Source: Macrostomum lignano (lineage: Eukaryota). From it: 64,000 bases of DNA. The DNA lies in contig NIVC01000923.1 in NCBI GenBank assembly GCA_002269645.1, positions 1 to 64,000 on the forward strand. The letters are read 5' to 3'. This document shows positions 42,482-64,000 of this stretch, in pieces (within the stretch, counting starts at the first letter, position 1; each line of letters starts with the position of its first letter). The notes beneath the pieces were generated by a model that made no database searches, was not told the origin of the DNA, and worked only from the letters and a program-made list of their open reading frames with translations. The position numbers and the translations under genes were made by a program.

Positions 42482-45231
42482 TTAGCTGTCATCGGAGGTG
42501 GCAATTACCAGGGGCGCATCTTCGCCTTCATCATCGGCACTACTGCGATCTTGCACGCTGCCAAAGTCTTTTTGGGACTCGACTTTTGCACTCACATTGG
42601 ACATTGATGATGATGACTCGTTGATAGTTCTTATGCAAGATTCTGCCGATACACGAGCATCGACTACATCATGTCCCGGTTCGATTTTGACCACCGCAGA
42701 CACTTTCTGATTGATATTAGCCGTAATTTTCTCCGATAATACGCTACCATTCGAGGCTGGATCGTCAGTGCCGTTCGTGTTGACAAGCACTGCAGAATGA
42801 ACTGTTACGGTTTCACTAACAGTACAATTCTCCATAGTTGCATCTGCATGTGATTCAGCGCAAGCTGCATTTGTGGAGACAGCGTTGTCAGAGGACAATT
42901 CACCGTCACGATTAACAACCTCATCCAGCGATTCTATCTTGACAATAGTCTGTTGACCATGGCTGAATGAGGCTTCACAGTCAACTGCAGCTGAATCCAG
43001 CAGTACGGAATGATTTACAGTGCCATTCGGTGCTGCATAATTTGCGGCAGCGCTCTCAAACTTTGCTTTATCGTCGTTTTTCAGCTCAGAATGATCGGCT
43101 GCATCAATTTGAGACTCATTCTTGCCAGAGATCGGCTGCGAAAATTCACAAGCCAAATGAGAGTTTGCAGGGAGAAACACTTTAGTTGCATCCGGATCTG
43201 TTTGTTTGTCATTTGTAGGACTGACAGGGGCTGTTGTTTGACTTGGAATAGCAGCCGGTACAACATTAGCAGTAGTCACTGACTTCACTTCAACAACTTC
43301 TTTCTTTAAAGCCGAATGGACGGTCTCTAATACTCTAATAGCACCAACTGATGTAGCAATGGACATCGGTGCATTTTGCATCTGGAAATCGACAGCGTCC
43401 AGTATCTTGAGCTCCACAACGGTTGTTGGCGGCGCAACCACTGGGACGCTGGCTGAAGCTGCTGGGGCTGCGGCAGCGGCTGCTGCTGCGGCGGCAGCGC
43501 TCGACAGTCTCCTCTCGGCGAGCTTGCTCTTCAGACGTTCGAGCACTTCCGGATTCGGCATGGAGTGACTACATCCGCCGGAAACGGAACCATTGCCGAC
43601 CCCGTTGTGGGACGCTCGTCTGTCCTCGTCAGCTGCCGACTGTCCATCACCAGACGGTCCGGCCAGCGAGGTCGAAGATGCTGTCGATGAAGCCAAAGAA
43701 ACTGACGAATCGCAACCGTCAGTAGCTGTTGGATGATCCGTCGTTAATCCCTGGCGGTCGCCTTCGACACCGCCGTTGACTCCGTGGCTTGTTGATGCCG
43801 CGGTTAAAGTCTCCGACGACATTGTTGTAGCTGTTGCAGCTGCGGCCGCCACCCGCTGACAATTGTGATAATCCTCGATGGCTTTTGGCGAGAATTTGTA
43901 GATTTTCTTCTGGCGAAATCCGTGCGGCTCGAAGTATCGCCCGATGTCGCGCGAGTGCCTGCAAAAAACCGGAATTGGTAAAAGAATAAAAAATTGATGC
44001 TCTCTTAAGCTATTTTTATAGTTTTTTTTCACAACTTTTCTGTAAATTTGGCGCATTGTTTCCTTTCTGTCAATTGTCGAATAAGAACAGTGCCTACCGA
44101 ATGCCTCGAGCGAAGCACTCGTAATTATCCGTCTTGTTCCCCTTGATATGCTTCCACAGTTTGGCAATGGCCGACGGCGTAACAACTTTAAATAGGCGAT
44201 TGTATTTGTCAACCCATTCGATGTTGGCTCGGCAGCGACTGTTGTCCAACAGTTTCAGTAGAAACAGGTGAATCATCGGTTTCTGACCTGCGAATGCGAT
44301 GGTGTGTGTGAATGTGTGTGTACGGCACTCTCGCACATCTTCTGACTCTCGCGCCGCGGCCCCTGCTAGTTGATTTCGCGCGCGGTCACCACATTCGTTT
44401 GGGGCTCGTGTGCATTGAAATTTGGCGCAAACCCCCCCCCCCAGGGCACAGAGAGAGTACCTGCCTGACTAGTAGAAAGTCAAAGGGTCGCTGTACACCC
44501 TGCGTGAGCGAGTGTGTGAGTGCGTTAATGCGTACAGTATTGGGGCGCTTGCATGTGCTCAGGAGTCTGCGGAATGGACAGAATTGTCGTCAGCACTGCT
44601 TGTGGGACGATGTCTCGCACTAGGGTGCCCACAACGGTCTTGAATTGATTGTTGTTATTAATTTTAAGATGAGATATTAGCAAGTTTTTAGAGATGTAGG
44701 GAGGAGTAGAATGTGCATCCCCACAACCTACAGCCCACAGTTCACTGGTCCCTCACCGTGCCAACAGAACAGTTCAGGTGCCAGACGTTGAAACTGTCGA
44801 ATCTCTTGCTGCTGCTCAGCCGGCTCCAATGTCGCGCTGGCGCCAGCCGAAGCGCCATCCAGCCCGCGTTTGCGCCGCTTGTTGGCAGGCGGAGACCCGG
44901 CAGCTTCGCCGGTAGCAGATGGCTGCTGTTGCTGCGTCGGGTTATGCGACACGTTTGATCCGTTTCCAGCTGTACTGGTGGACAATCTTGATGAGTCAGC
45001 GGACTGATCTAGCAATTGACGTCGCTTCAACTGTTGCTGCAGCTGTTGCTGCTGTTGTTGCAAGTGCAGATTCTGCTGTGGAAATGGTGCAAACTGATAG
45101 TGCGGCGGTTGAAACTGCGGCGACGCCTGCAGGCTACCAGCTGGAGCGCCGGAGCGATGCAGAACGGCCAATTGACAGAAACTCGGCAGGGTTGGCGGCG
45201 GATGGTGAGATGTTGGGGGATGTGTCGACAA

Positions 45232-45265
<34 letters not shown>

Positions 45266-45428
45266 GCCAGGCAACCAAACCGGACCAGCTGTCCAGGCTG
45301 TGGCGACTGCTGCGACTGCAAACTGTAATCCAACTGAGGCGGCGGGTAAGCAAACTTATAAACGCTGCTACTTCCAGCTGAAGCTGGCATTGCGGCTGCT
45401 GTGTAGGGTTGAAGCGCAGTTGACTGTT

Positions 45429-45459
<31 letters not shown>

Positions 45460-45892
45460 CGGCGGCGGCGGCGGCTGTGGAAACATCGGAGGAAGCTGCG
45501 GAGGCGGCGGGAAGCTTATGGATCGAAGCAGGTCAGGCCTGAGGCCATTTGTCGGCGGCGCAATCGGAGACGGCGAAGCCTTTGACGACATCAAAGTTGA
45601 CGTCGTTGGCAATGATGACGACGACGACGCAATAGTCTGCTGCATCGGCAGAAGGTGCGGCGCTGTGAATGGCGAAATCTTATTACCTTGAGTTGCCGCG
45701 GCTGCCGCGGCTGCTGCTGCTGCTGCCGCTGCTGCCGCTGCCGCCGCAGCAGCAGCCTGCAGATGCTGGTGATGCTGGTGCGGCTGTTGAGAAGAATGAG
45801 GAAGAGAAGGAGCACCAGCAGGAGGAGGCAGCAGACTCAGCTGCTGAGGCGGAGGGTACATGTAGTTACACCCTGTCGGACGAAACACCTGA

Positions 45893-45930
<38 letters not shown>

Positions 45931-47395
45931 TTGTTGTTGTTGCTGCTGCTGCTGCGGAAGATGGTGCGACTGATGCGCCGATATCAGCAGCTGCTGCACA
46001 ACTTCTCGCTGCGATCGGGCCAAATTGAAACTGTCAACCAAACCGTTGAATGCGGCCGGCTCCAGCGCTGCCGATGCTGTGGGCTGCTGCTCAGGTGAAG
46101 ATCGACTTGTATCTTCAGTATTTTCTTCGCAACCGTCTTCGCTCACATCTGTAGTTTCACTGTCTGCTTGTGGTTGTTGAGCAGCAGGATTTGAGGATTC
46201 CGGCAGCTGCTGTAACGGCGGAGACAGATTCTCAACGTCCACCTCGCTGTCGCTGCTGACTCGCTCGATTTCAACTTCGACAGTGGCGCCCAGAGACAAC
46301 TGGTGTCCCTCCTCGTGTTCGGCGCTGCTGAATAGCTGGTCGGCTTGAGAAGCGATGAAACTCGTGCAGTTCTCGGGTGTTCCAGGCGGCGTGGCGCATC
46401 GCGACATTGGCTGGTCGCTCACGTCCGACAGGCTGATGGTGCGAATAAGAAAATTAAACACATGTAATTTTTAAGCAGCTTCTCTGAACCCCAAATCTAT
46501 GACAGGCTTGATTTATTGAGATGAAGGCATCCACATGTTCACAGACTTTCTAATTTTCAGACATGCACACTGTCTGTGCCTCGGGGGCTGGGCCTCGTGA
46601 AGATAATTAACTGCCCAAGGATAACCAACGTCTATGGCAAAAAGTCTATGCGTACACTAGTTTTTTAAATCCTGGATTGGCACTTCATTTCGCTTCGGTC
46701 AATTCGCCATAAAAAGAACGCTCTGTTCGAATTTTGGCGGTCTGGCAAGAAGTTTGTATCAATGGTCAGGGAAAGGCAAGTGACAATAACAATTGTTATA
46801 GCATAGAACTTGTGGGTTAGAAAGTGGCAGCTCTAGGCGGTGGTGTGAATTGCGCCATTTAGAGATATGAGAAAAGTTGATCACTGCATGGGTTCGAGGT
46901 AGAAACTTGAACATGTTGCCGAGTGTACATGTGGCATGTAACCTGATAAATGTGGCTGAATGTGCATGTAATGGTTGTAGCCTAGTGGCTAGAGCGTCAG
47001 ACTCATGTCATGACTGAAAGGTCGGGGGTTCGTGTCCTTGAGCAAGACACTTAACTCTGGATTGCTTCAGTTCACCCAGCTGTAAAATGGGTGCCAGCAT
47101 TAGCATTAGTCGATCCGCCAGTCCTTGGACTGAACAGCCGAACGCAGCCTTCAGATGCGCTGCGCAATAGCTGCGGCTGAGCTGTCGGTTGCACATCTGC
47201 CCATTTGGGCGGGTGTATTACTATTATTATTATTATACTATAAACTTGATAAAGGAAGGCAAATGGCTTAGAGACGTACGCGTCAGTTGGGCGATTGTCA
47301 GTATCGCTGGCATCGGGTCGATGATTGAGAAGTTCCTGGCGCTGCTGGTGGAAATCTTCCTCGGTGTCCGGACTTTCAGTGGTCGCAGATGCCAT
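42482..47395 (-). CDS. ETS-domain transcription factor with a divergent ETS domain, about 1152 aa, 4 exons
   Basis: Exons 47395-47280, 46432-44757, 44287-44098 and 43958-42482 (3459 nt; phases 2,1,2; GT..AG). ETS domain 44287-43892: MIHLFLLKLLDNSRCRANIEWVDKYNRLFKVVTPSAIAKLWKHIKGNKTDNYECFARGIR|HSRDIGRYFEPHGFRQKKIYKF. The N-terminal half is Q/A/P-rich and the C-terminal half is S/T/A/acidic. Exon 1 is the least certain. Confidence 0.88.
46970..47238 (+). mobile_element. tRNA-derived CORE-like SINE, copy 2, antisense in ETS intron 1
   Basis: TAGCCTAGTGGCTAGAGCG A box, truncated B box GGGGTTCG, then TGTCCTTGAGCAAGACACTTAAC..CAGTTCACCCAGCTGTAAAATGGGTGCCAGCAT, GCAGCCTTCAGA shared with copy 1, and a (TAT)n tail. 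Confidence 0.8.
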
Positions 47396-47792
47396 ACGCA
47401 GTGCCAGAGTTGCATAAAACTCTATCGATTGCGCTCTAGCTATAAGTCGAGTCAGGACGTCCCGTTCAATAATTAGGAGGGTTGGGGCAAGTAAGCAGAC
47501 GATTGATTGAGTTAGAGCTTCTAGTTGCCAGACTTGTCTATGGCCAGACTAGCAGCTCTCTCAATCGGCATCTCCATTAACTCTAATTTAATACTTGATA
47601 GGTCACCCACCTCAGCATGTCAAAGGCAGCAATCTATCAGGCAGGCTCTGTGTAGCGCTGTAATTGTGTTATAAATATAACTTCAATGCGGCATTTGCCA
47701 AGCGTGTGCGTGTATTGTAAAGTCGAATGCAAATATATAGTTAAGCTTTAAAAGCAGTAAGTTCAGCAATTAGAAAAGCGAAGAAAGAACAG

Positions 47793-47975
<183 letters not shown>

Positions 47976-48529
47976 ACAGAGCTCCCTATGTACACTGCAG
48001 CTTTCGAGACTCGCATATCTAATGCAAAGACCTTGAGAGGCAGAGCTGGTGTAACACCGCAACTGTATCAAGGCTTGTATAAATGATTGTCAAAGGCGCA
48101 CTTACACTTGGCTGTGTACGCAACAAGCTGCAAATGTATATACAAATATTCTACATGGTTTAGTGTTCTATTTGGGGAATGCTGAATGTTGGAGAGGGCA
48201 TTTATGTTCAGCCGCGATCTTCACTTTCATTGCTGCTAACCATGCAGTGCTACATGAAATAAAGTTCGTTCTATTTTAAATGCGGATTTATAAGCACACT
48301 TGTGTGGTCTTTGCATATTTAGCTAAGGATATTTAGTTAAGGACTAAGTTTTCATAACCTCGCATAAATAAAGCCATTTGAATTCTACACTGCATCTGTC
48401 AAATAAAATAAGCGACAATTGATTGTTAAATATAAAATTTCTATTTCACTATGGTTTCACATTCTATAATGGTCACATTCAGAAAGTTAACTCTGGCCTG
48501 ATGCACTTTTAAACAAATTTATCTGCCTT

Positions 48530-49120
48530 TGCTTCACTGTGTGTCACTGTGTGTCACTGTGCAGCCATTCTTCACTGTGTGTCACTGTGCAGCCATGCTT
48601 CACTGTGTGTCACTGTGCAGCCATTCTTTACTGTGTGTCACTGTGCAGCCATGCTTCACTGTGTGTCACTGTGCAGCCATGCTTCACTATGTGTGTCACT
48701 GTGCAGCCATGCTTCACTGTGTGTCACTGTGCAGCCATGCTTCACTATGTGTGTCACTGTGCAGCCATGCTTCACTGTGTGTCACTGTGCAGCCATGCTT
48801 CACTGTGTGTCACTGTGCAGCCATGCTTCACTGTGTGTCACTGTGCAGCCATGCTTCACTGTGTGTCACTGTGCAGCCATGCTTCACTGTGTGTCACTGT
48901 GCAGCCATGCTTCACTGTGTGTCACTGTGCAGCCATGCTTCACTGTGTGTCACTGTGCAGCCATGCTTCACTGTGTGTCACTGTGCAGCCATTCTTCACT
49001 GTGTGTCACTGTGCAGCCATGCTTCACTGTGTGTCACTGTGCAGCCATGCTTCACTGTGTGTCACTGTGCAGCCATGCTTCACTGTGTGTCACTGTGTGT
49101 CACTGTGCAGCCATGCCTCT
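48530..49120 (+). repeat. 28-bp minisatellite CACTGTGTGTCACTGTGCAGCCATGCTT (inverted partner of 51705-52590)
   Basis: About 21 copies. Confidence 0.97.
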
Positions 49121-49534
49121 CTCTGTCGCCAGCCATGCTGTCACCGAGAGTTGATTCTCACTCGAGGACTCGAAATTGATTGTTGAATCAAGTCAATTGC
49201 AAAAGTAAACTTTGGAAATTGGAAACGCAATGAACAGTATTCATTTAGTTGGCCCCAAGTAGAATGAACTGATTAAAATAAGTGCAGTGCGGGAGGCCAG
49301 TCAATTTATCCAGGTGTGACAATCACTTTCTGGTGTTAGCACAAGCACAGAACAGAATCAGCACAGAACATTAACAAAAAGATGTCTGCGACAATTTATT
49401 TAATTTGAAAACAAAGAGGCAATTAAATTATTCGACTAACGGTTGGTTTTCTAATACGAATAAGTTTGAAAAATTGACAAGACATCACAATGGATTATAC
49501 TCGTATTGCTCAATTAGGCTGAAGGTACTTTGGA

Positions 49535-49566
49535 GCAAAGACAGACAGACAGGCTGACAGACAGGC

Positions 49567-49659
<93 letters not shown>

Positions 49660-49792
49660 CAGACAGACAGACAGGCTTACAGACAGACAGGCAGACAGAC
49701 AGACAGACAGACAGACAGGCTGACAGACAGACAGACAGACAGGCAGGCAGACAGGCAGGCAGACAGACAGACAGGCAGACAGACAGACAGAC

Positions 49793-49857
<65 letters not shown>

Positions 49858-49864
49858 GGCAGAC

Positions 49865-49925
<61 letters not shown>
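49535..49925. repeat. (AGAC)n microsatellite
   Basis: Read directly. Confidence 0.95.
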
Positions 49926-49926
<1 letters not shown>

Positions 49927-50613
49927 CCCGAATAAAATCGAATAAAACAACCCCCAAAACAAATCAAACTGATGTTTGGAAGCATGTACCCGCGTCATAT
50001 TACTTGTGACAGTAAAAATATACGAATTACGAGTAGGTTAGAAGTAAATTCGAAATAAAACTATCGAGAGCAGAGGAGAATAAAACTCGAATAATCAATA
50101 GTCAACAGTTACGATTTGGGCGCAGGGTTATTAAGCAAAATCGAAGCACTACATGTAGGGTACCAGTGAAAGAAGAGAAGTTCGCTGAAAATAATTATAA
50201 TAAGATTTCTATCTGGTAGTTGATAAAGCGTTGAATATTATTTTTACAAACAGAAGACAGAAATACACAGATCAAGCGGTTGACAAGCGAAATTCTAGAA
50301 AAAAAATTGCTGTGGTAGAATCAAATTTATACAGCAATAATTTTGTTTATTTTAAGTACATCTATTTTTTCTACAAATTTGAATTTGCGCCAAAAAAACA
50401 ATAATTTCTCGATTTTAAACAAACAGTAAGATTTCTAGGAAAGCAGTAACTCGGAAAATTTCATATTTCAAACATTGCTAGCCTATGTGAACAGGGCGAC
50501 AATTCAAGTGCGCAAATAAGTTTTTATCATGTAAGTCCTTGTGTCAGACAATCAATAAAAACTCGTAAGTCTTTGTTGGCACCTGCAGCAACAGTGAAAG
50601 CCGGATAGGCCAG

Positions 50614-59765
<9,152 letters not shown>

Positions 59766-60058
59766 CTGCAAATTAGTGCAATATGATTTTCAATTTTATT
59801 CAATAATGACCACTCCGATGCTTTGGTGGCTTCGCAATTCTTTCGCAACTGCAGAGACGGCACTCTTGACAGGCCGATCAGGCGCAGGTAGGCGAGACCG
59901 TTGCGCCTGCGCTTCAACGGCTGCCCATCGGACTGAGCATCGGGGTGAGCAACGGCGTCTGGCTTAAGCTGACGCTGCCGTCGCCACAGCGATGGAGATG
60001 TGACGCTTAATGAGGCAAACCGTTGAAGCGAACGACGCCAAGGCTGCTTGGATTCCAT
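59766..60058 (-). CDS. Candidate alternative first coding exon of PKG
   Basis: ATG at 60058 in a GCCATGG Kozak context opens a GC-rich, stop-free frame that runs into the cNMP exon. It contains KRRRNGL. An optional 48-nt in-frame intron 59813-59766 has only a weak GTGGTC donor. Confidence 0.5.
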
Positions 60059-60309
60059 GGCTTTGCCAGTCTAGGGCTAACTGGTAACTGACTCTCAATT
60101 ATAGAGCAGATGGAGAGGCAGTTTTTGAGCCAGCATCTCACTGTCCTACGATTGGAGAACTGATGCCATAGGCTAGACGGGAAATAACTTCACCGATATT
60201 TCGATTCATATCGTTGAGAAACTAAATCTAGGAAAAACGTGCCAAATGGTAGTTCATCCTTAAATATTACGAGCGTATTTCCCGAAATTCTGGATCCTCT
60301 TCAATCGCT

Positions 60310-61200
60310 CTTTAATCTCACCCTCTACATCCCTACCTCTATCCCTCTACATCCTTATCTCTCACCATCTACATCCTTATCTCTCATCATCTACATCCTT
60401 ATATCTGACCCTCAACATGCTTATCTCTCACCATCTACATCCTTATCTCTCATCATCTACATCCTTATCTCTCACCCTCAACATGCTTATCTCTCACCAT
60501 CTACATCCTTATCTCTCATCATCTACATCCTTATCTCTCACCCTCTCTACATCCTTATCTCTCACCCTCTCTACATACTTATCTCTCACCCTCAACATGC
60601 TTATCTCTCTCCCTCTACATCCTTATCTCTCATCATCTACATCCTTATCTCTCACTTTCTCTACATCCTTATCTCTCACCCTCAACATGCTTATCTCTCA
60701 CCATCTACATCCTTATCTCTCACCATCTACATCCCTATCTCTCACCATCTACATCCCTATCTCTCACCATCTACATCCTTATCTCTCACCCTCTCTACAT
60801 CCTTATCTCTCACCCTCAAAATGCTTATCTCTCATTATCTACATCCTTATCTCTCACCATCTACATGCTTATCTCTCACCATCTACATCCTTATCTCTCT
60901 CCCTCTACATCCTTATCTCACACCCTCAACATGCTTATCTCTCACCATCTACATCCTTATCTCTCACCCTCAACATGCTTATCTCTCACCATCTACATCC
61001 TTATCTCTCACCATCTACATCCTTATCTCTCACCCTCAACATGCTTATCTCTCACCATCTACATCCTTATCTCTCACTCTCAACATGCTTATCTCTCACC
61101 ATCTACATCCTTATCTCTCACCATCTACATCCTTATCTCTCACCCTCAACATGCTTATCTCTCACCATCTACATCCTTATCTCTCACCATCTACATCTAC
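60310..61200. repeat. ~22-bp repeat CATCCTTATCTCTCACCATCTA with alternating variants
   Basis: About 40 copies. Confidence 0.95.
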
Positions 61201-61569
61201 ATCTACTCTCTCAAACTCAAAAGCAACAGTGTTGTTTAACCTGGTACATCACTATTTGGTACACGAGGCTAAATAAGAATAAACTAATGAGTTGGAATAA
61301 AAAAATCTGCTCAAATGAATCTGTCAGAGCATTCATCTGGGAATTAACCCTATTGCATCATAAATATCAATCAGAAAAAAATCTTAAATGGACCAAAACG
61401 CTGACTCATTTGTATTTCACGTGCGCCTGTTGAAAGGTTCGTTTTAATAGAATGCTGAAAAAGCTGTTTAATATTCAATGACCGAGAATTGAATCTGATT
61501 GACAGACAGTGAAACGAATACAGAGGAAATGTTAATGATAAAGATATAAAACTGCTGAGGAAAGGGAGC

Positions 61570-62385
61570 TAAGGACACAGGCACAGCTATGGACACAGGC
61601 ACAGCTATGGACACAGACAGGCGGAGCTAAGGACACAGGCACAGCTAAGGACACAGGCACAGCTAAAGACACAGACAGGCACAGCTAAGGACACAGGCAC
61701 AGCTAAGGACACAGGCACAGCTAAGGACACAGGCACAGCTAAGGACACAGGCACAGCCAAGGATACAGGCACAGCTAAGGACACAGGCACAGCTAAGGAC
61801 ACAGGCACAGCTAAGGACACAGGCACAGCTAAGGACACAGGCACAGCTAAGGACACAGGCACAGCTAAGGACACAGGCACAGCCAAGGATACAGGCACAG
61901 CTAAGGACACAGGCACAGCTAAGGACACAGGCACAGCTAAGGACACAGGCACAGCTAAGGACACAGGCACAGCTAAGGACACAGGCACAGCTAAGGACAC
62001 AGGCACAGCTAAAGACACAGGCACAGCTAAGGACACAGGCACAGCTAAGGACACAGGCACAGCTAAGGACACAGGCACAGCTAAGGACACAGGCACAGCT
62101 AAGGACACAGGCACAGCTAAGGACACAGACAGGCACAGCTAAGGACACAGGCACAGCTAAGAACACAAGCACAGCTAAGGACACAAACACAGCTAAGGAC
62201 ACAGGCACAGCTAAGGACACAGACAGGCGGAGCTAAGGACACAGACAGGCACAGCTAAGGACACAGACAGGCACAGCTAAGGACACAGGCACAGCTAAGA
62301 ACACAAGCACAGCTAAGGACACAAGCACAGCTAAGGACACAGGCACAGCTAAGGACACAGACAGGCGGAGCTAAGGACACAAGTG
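61570..62385. repeat. 18-bp repeat GCTAAGGACACAGGCACA
   Basis: About 43 copies. Confidence 0.95.
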
Positions 62386-63055
62386 CCCATCAATAGCTAG
62401 TAACTCAGCAAGTTCCTTATTGCGTTAGAAGGGCAATGAAGCCTTAATTTATTAATGCCCGAACGCTTTTGCACGAGGCAGTCCCACCGGGTTCGTTAAG
62501 GGCGACTTAGAAAAGGAGAATCTTGGGGAGGACTTTTAAGTCAGCCATGCTTCGGGGGCCGGACTGCACTGGGATCAGAACTCCCTCCCCTCTTCGGTTG
62601 AAATCTTTCTGAGTCTCTCTTTGTTAGTGCTAGAGTGAAGTCAGGGTGTGGAAATCTTCAAAAGCTTCTTGAGCTCACTGTGAGGTCCCAACAGGCACTG
62701 CGTGGGGAAACAGATTAAAATAAAAAACGACAAAGCTTTCTATGCCACACCGATGCGAACTTGTTTGGGTAAGTTTTAGTGATAGAAAATTCTGATTGAG
62801 CCCACTGCAGTGAGGAATTGCAATAGAAAGAATTGAAAAGATGGGATAGAGAGGAATAGGGTAAAGGTTTAGACAATTAGAGATACATACATGGACTGGG
62901 TCATAGATAGATGGATAGATGGATATATATATATATATATATACATGTACACCGCCGCAAAAGAAAGCAAAAGGAAAAGGGGGCAGCAAAAACGGAAGAG
63001 CAAAAAAAGGGGGAAAGAAACGGAAATGTGAGAGCGTGGCGGCAGTGCCGCCATA

Positions 63056-63610
<555 letters not shown>

Positions 63611-64000
63611 TGACAGACACTAAGACAGACACTAAGACAGACTGACAGGTAGACAGTGCCGATATAATGTCTAATGATTCAGGACCCCAATCAAGAGAGA
63701 CAATAAAGGCACTAATAGCTCAATAGAACAATCCAAGGTGACACAAAGCCATTTAACTGGGCCTCGCTCAAAATAGTCAATCAATGCAGCTAATCAAAGA
63801 AGCTTTCTCCCTTCCTTCGTATTCGTCCCTTTTTCACTCTTTTCCAGGTTAGGCTGGAAAAGTTCTATTGAATGCAGAGCAGGCAGCAAACAGATGCATT
63901 TCATCTGCACTGGACATACAAGTCACTGCTTTGCCAAATATGGAATTCTCAGAATAAGGTGGGCGGCGGTAAGACAGAGTTCCCGCACCTATTCATGCCA

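Noticed and set aside
43959-44212. Supplied ORF 42482-44212 as a single-exon 576-aa protein starting MTNTIAY
   Set aside because: Its first ~85 codons are an out-of-frame reading of the ETS exon plus an intron; the real frame enters at the acceptor 43958.
44919-46098. Plus-strand Ala/Leu/Arg-rich ORFs overlapping the ETS gene, and ORF 78-542 opposite CDKL
   Set aside because: These are antisense shadows of CAG/GCT-rich coding exons with no independent signals.

Overview
Intron-rich metazoan genomic DNA, not prokaryotic. The Gln/Ala-rich exons and minisatellite-filled introns would fit a flatworm such as Macrostomum, but this is an unverified guess. I traced five spliced genes by hand using GT..AG junctions and reading-frame phase: (1) a CDKL-family kinase (minus, 6984->64); (2) a 5-exon tachykinin-receptor-like GPCR (minus, 23468->17232); (3) a putative two-exon orphan gene with poly-Arg/poly-Gln (plus, 35169->40478); (4) a ~1150-aa protein with a strongly divergent ETS domain (minus, 47395->42482); (5) a cGMP-dependent protein kinase (minus, 59765 or 60058->50614). 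Nearly every long intron is filled by its own tandem repeat, and these arrays account for most long ORFs in the supplied track. Mobile elements include a Tc1/mariner derivative with 143-bp TIRs and TA ends, two tRNA-headed CORE-like SINEs, an RTE-like LINE fragment and a hAT-like MITE remnant. The best leads are: the ETS recognition helix (ARGIRHSR in place of SRxLRYYY); a possible short PKG isoform with one cNMP domain and its own RRNGL pseudosubstrate; the intron-private minisatellite architecture; an inverted pair of 28-bp arrays around the last PKG exons; and the orphan gene. Repeat boundaries and copy numbers are approximate by-eye estimates, and no database searches were run.
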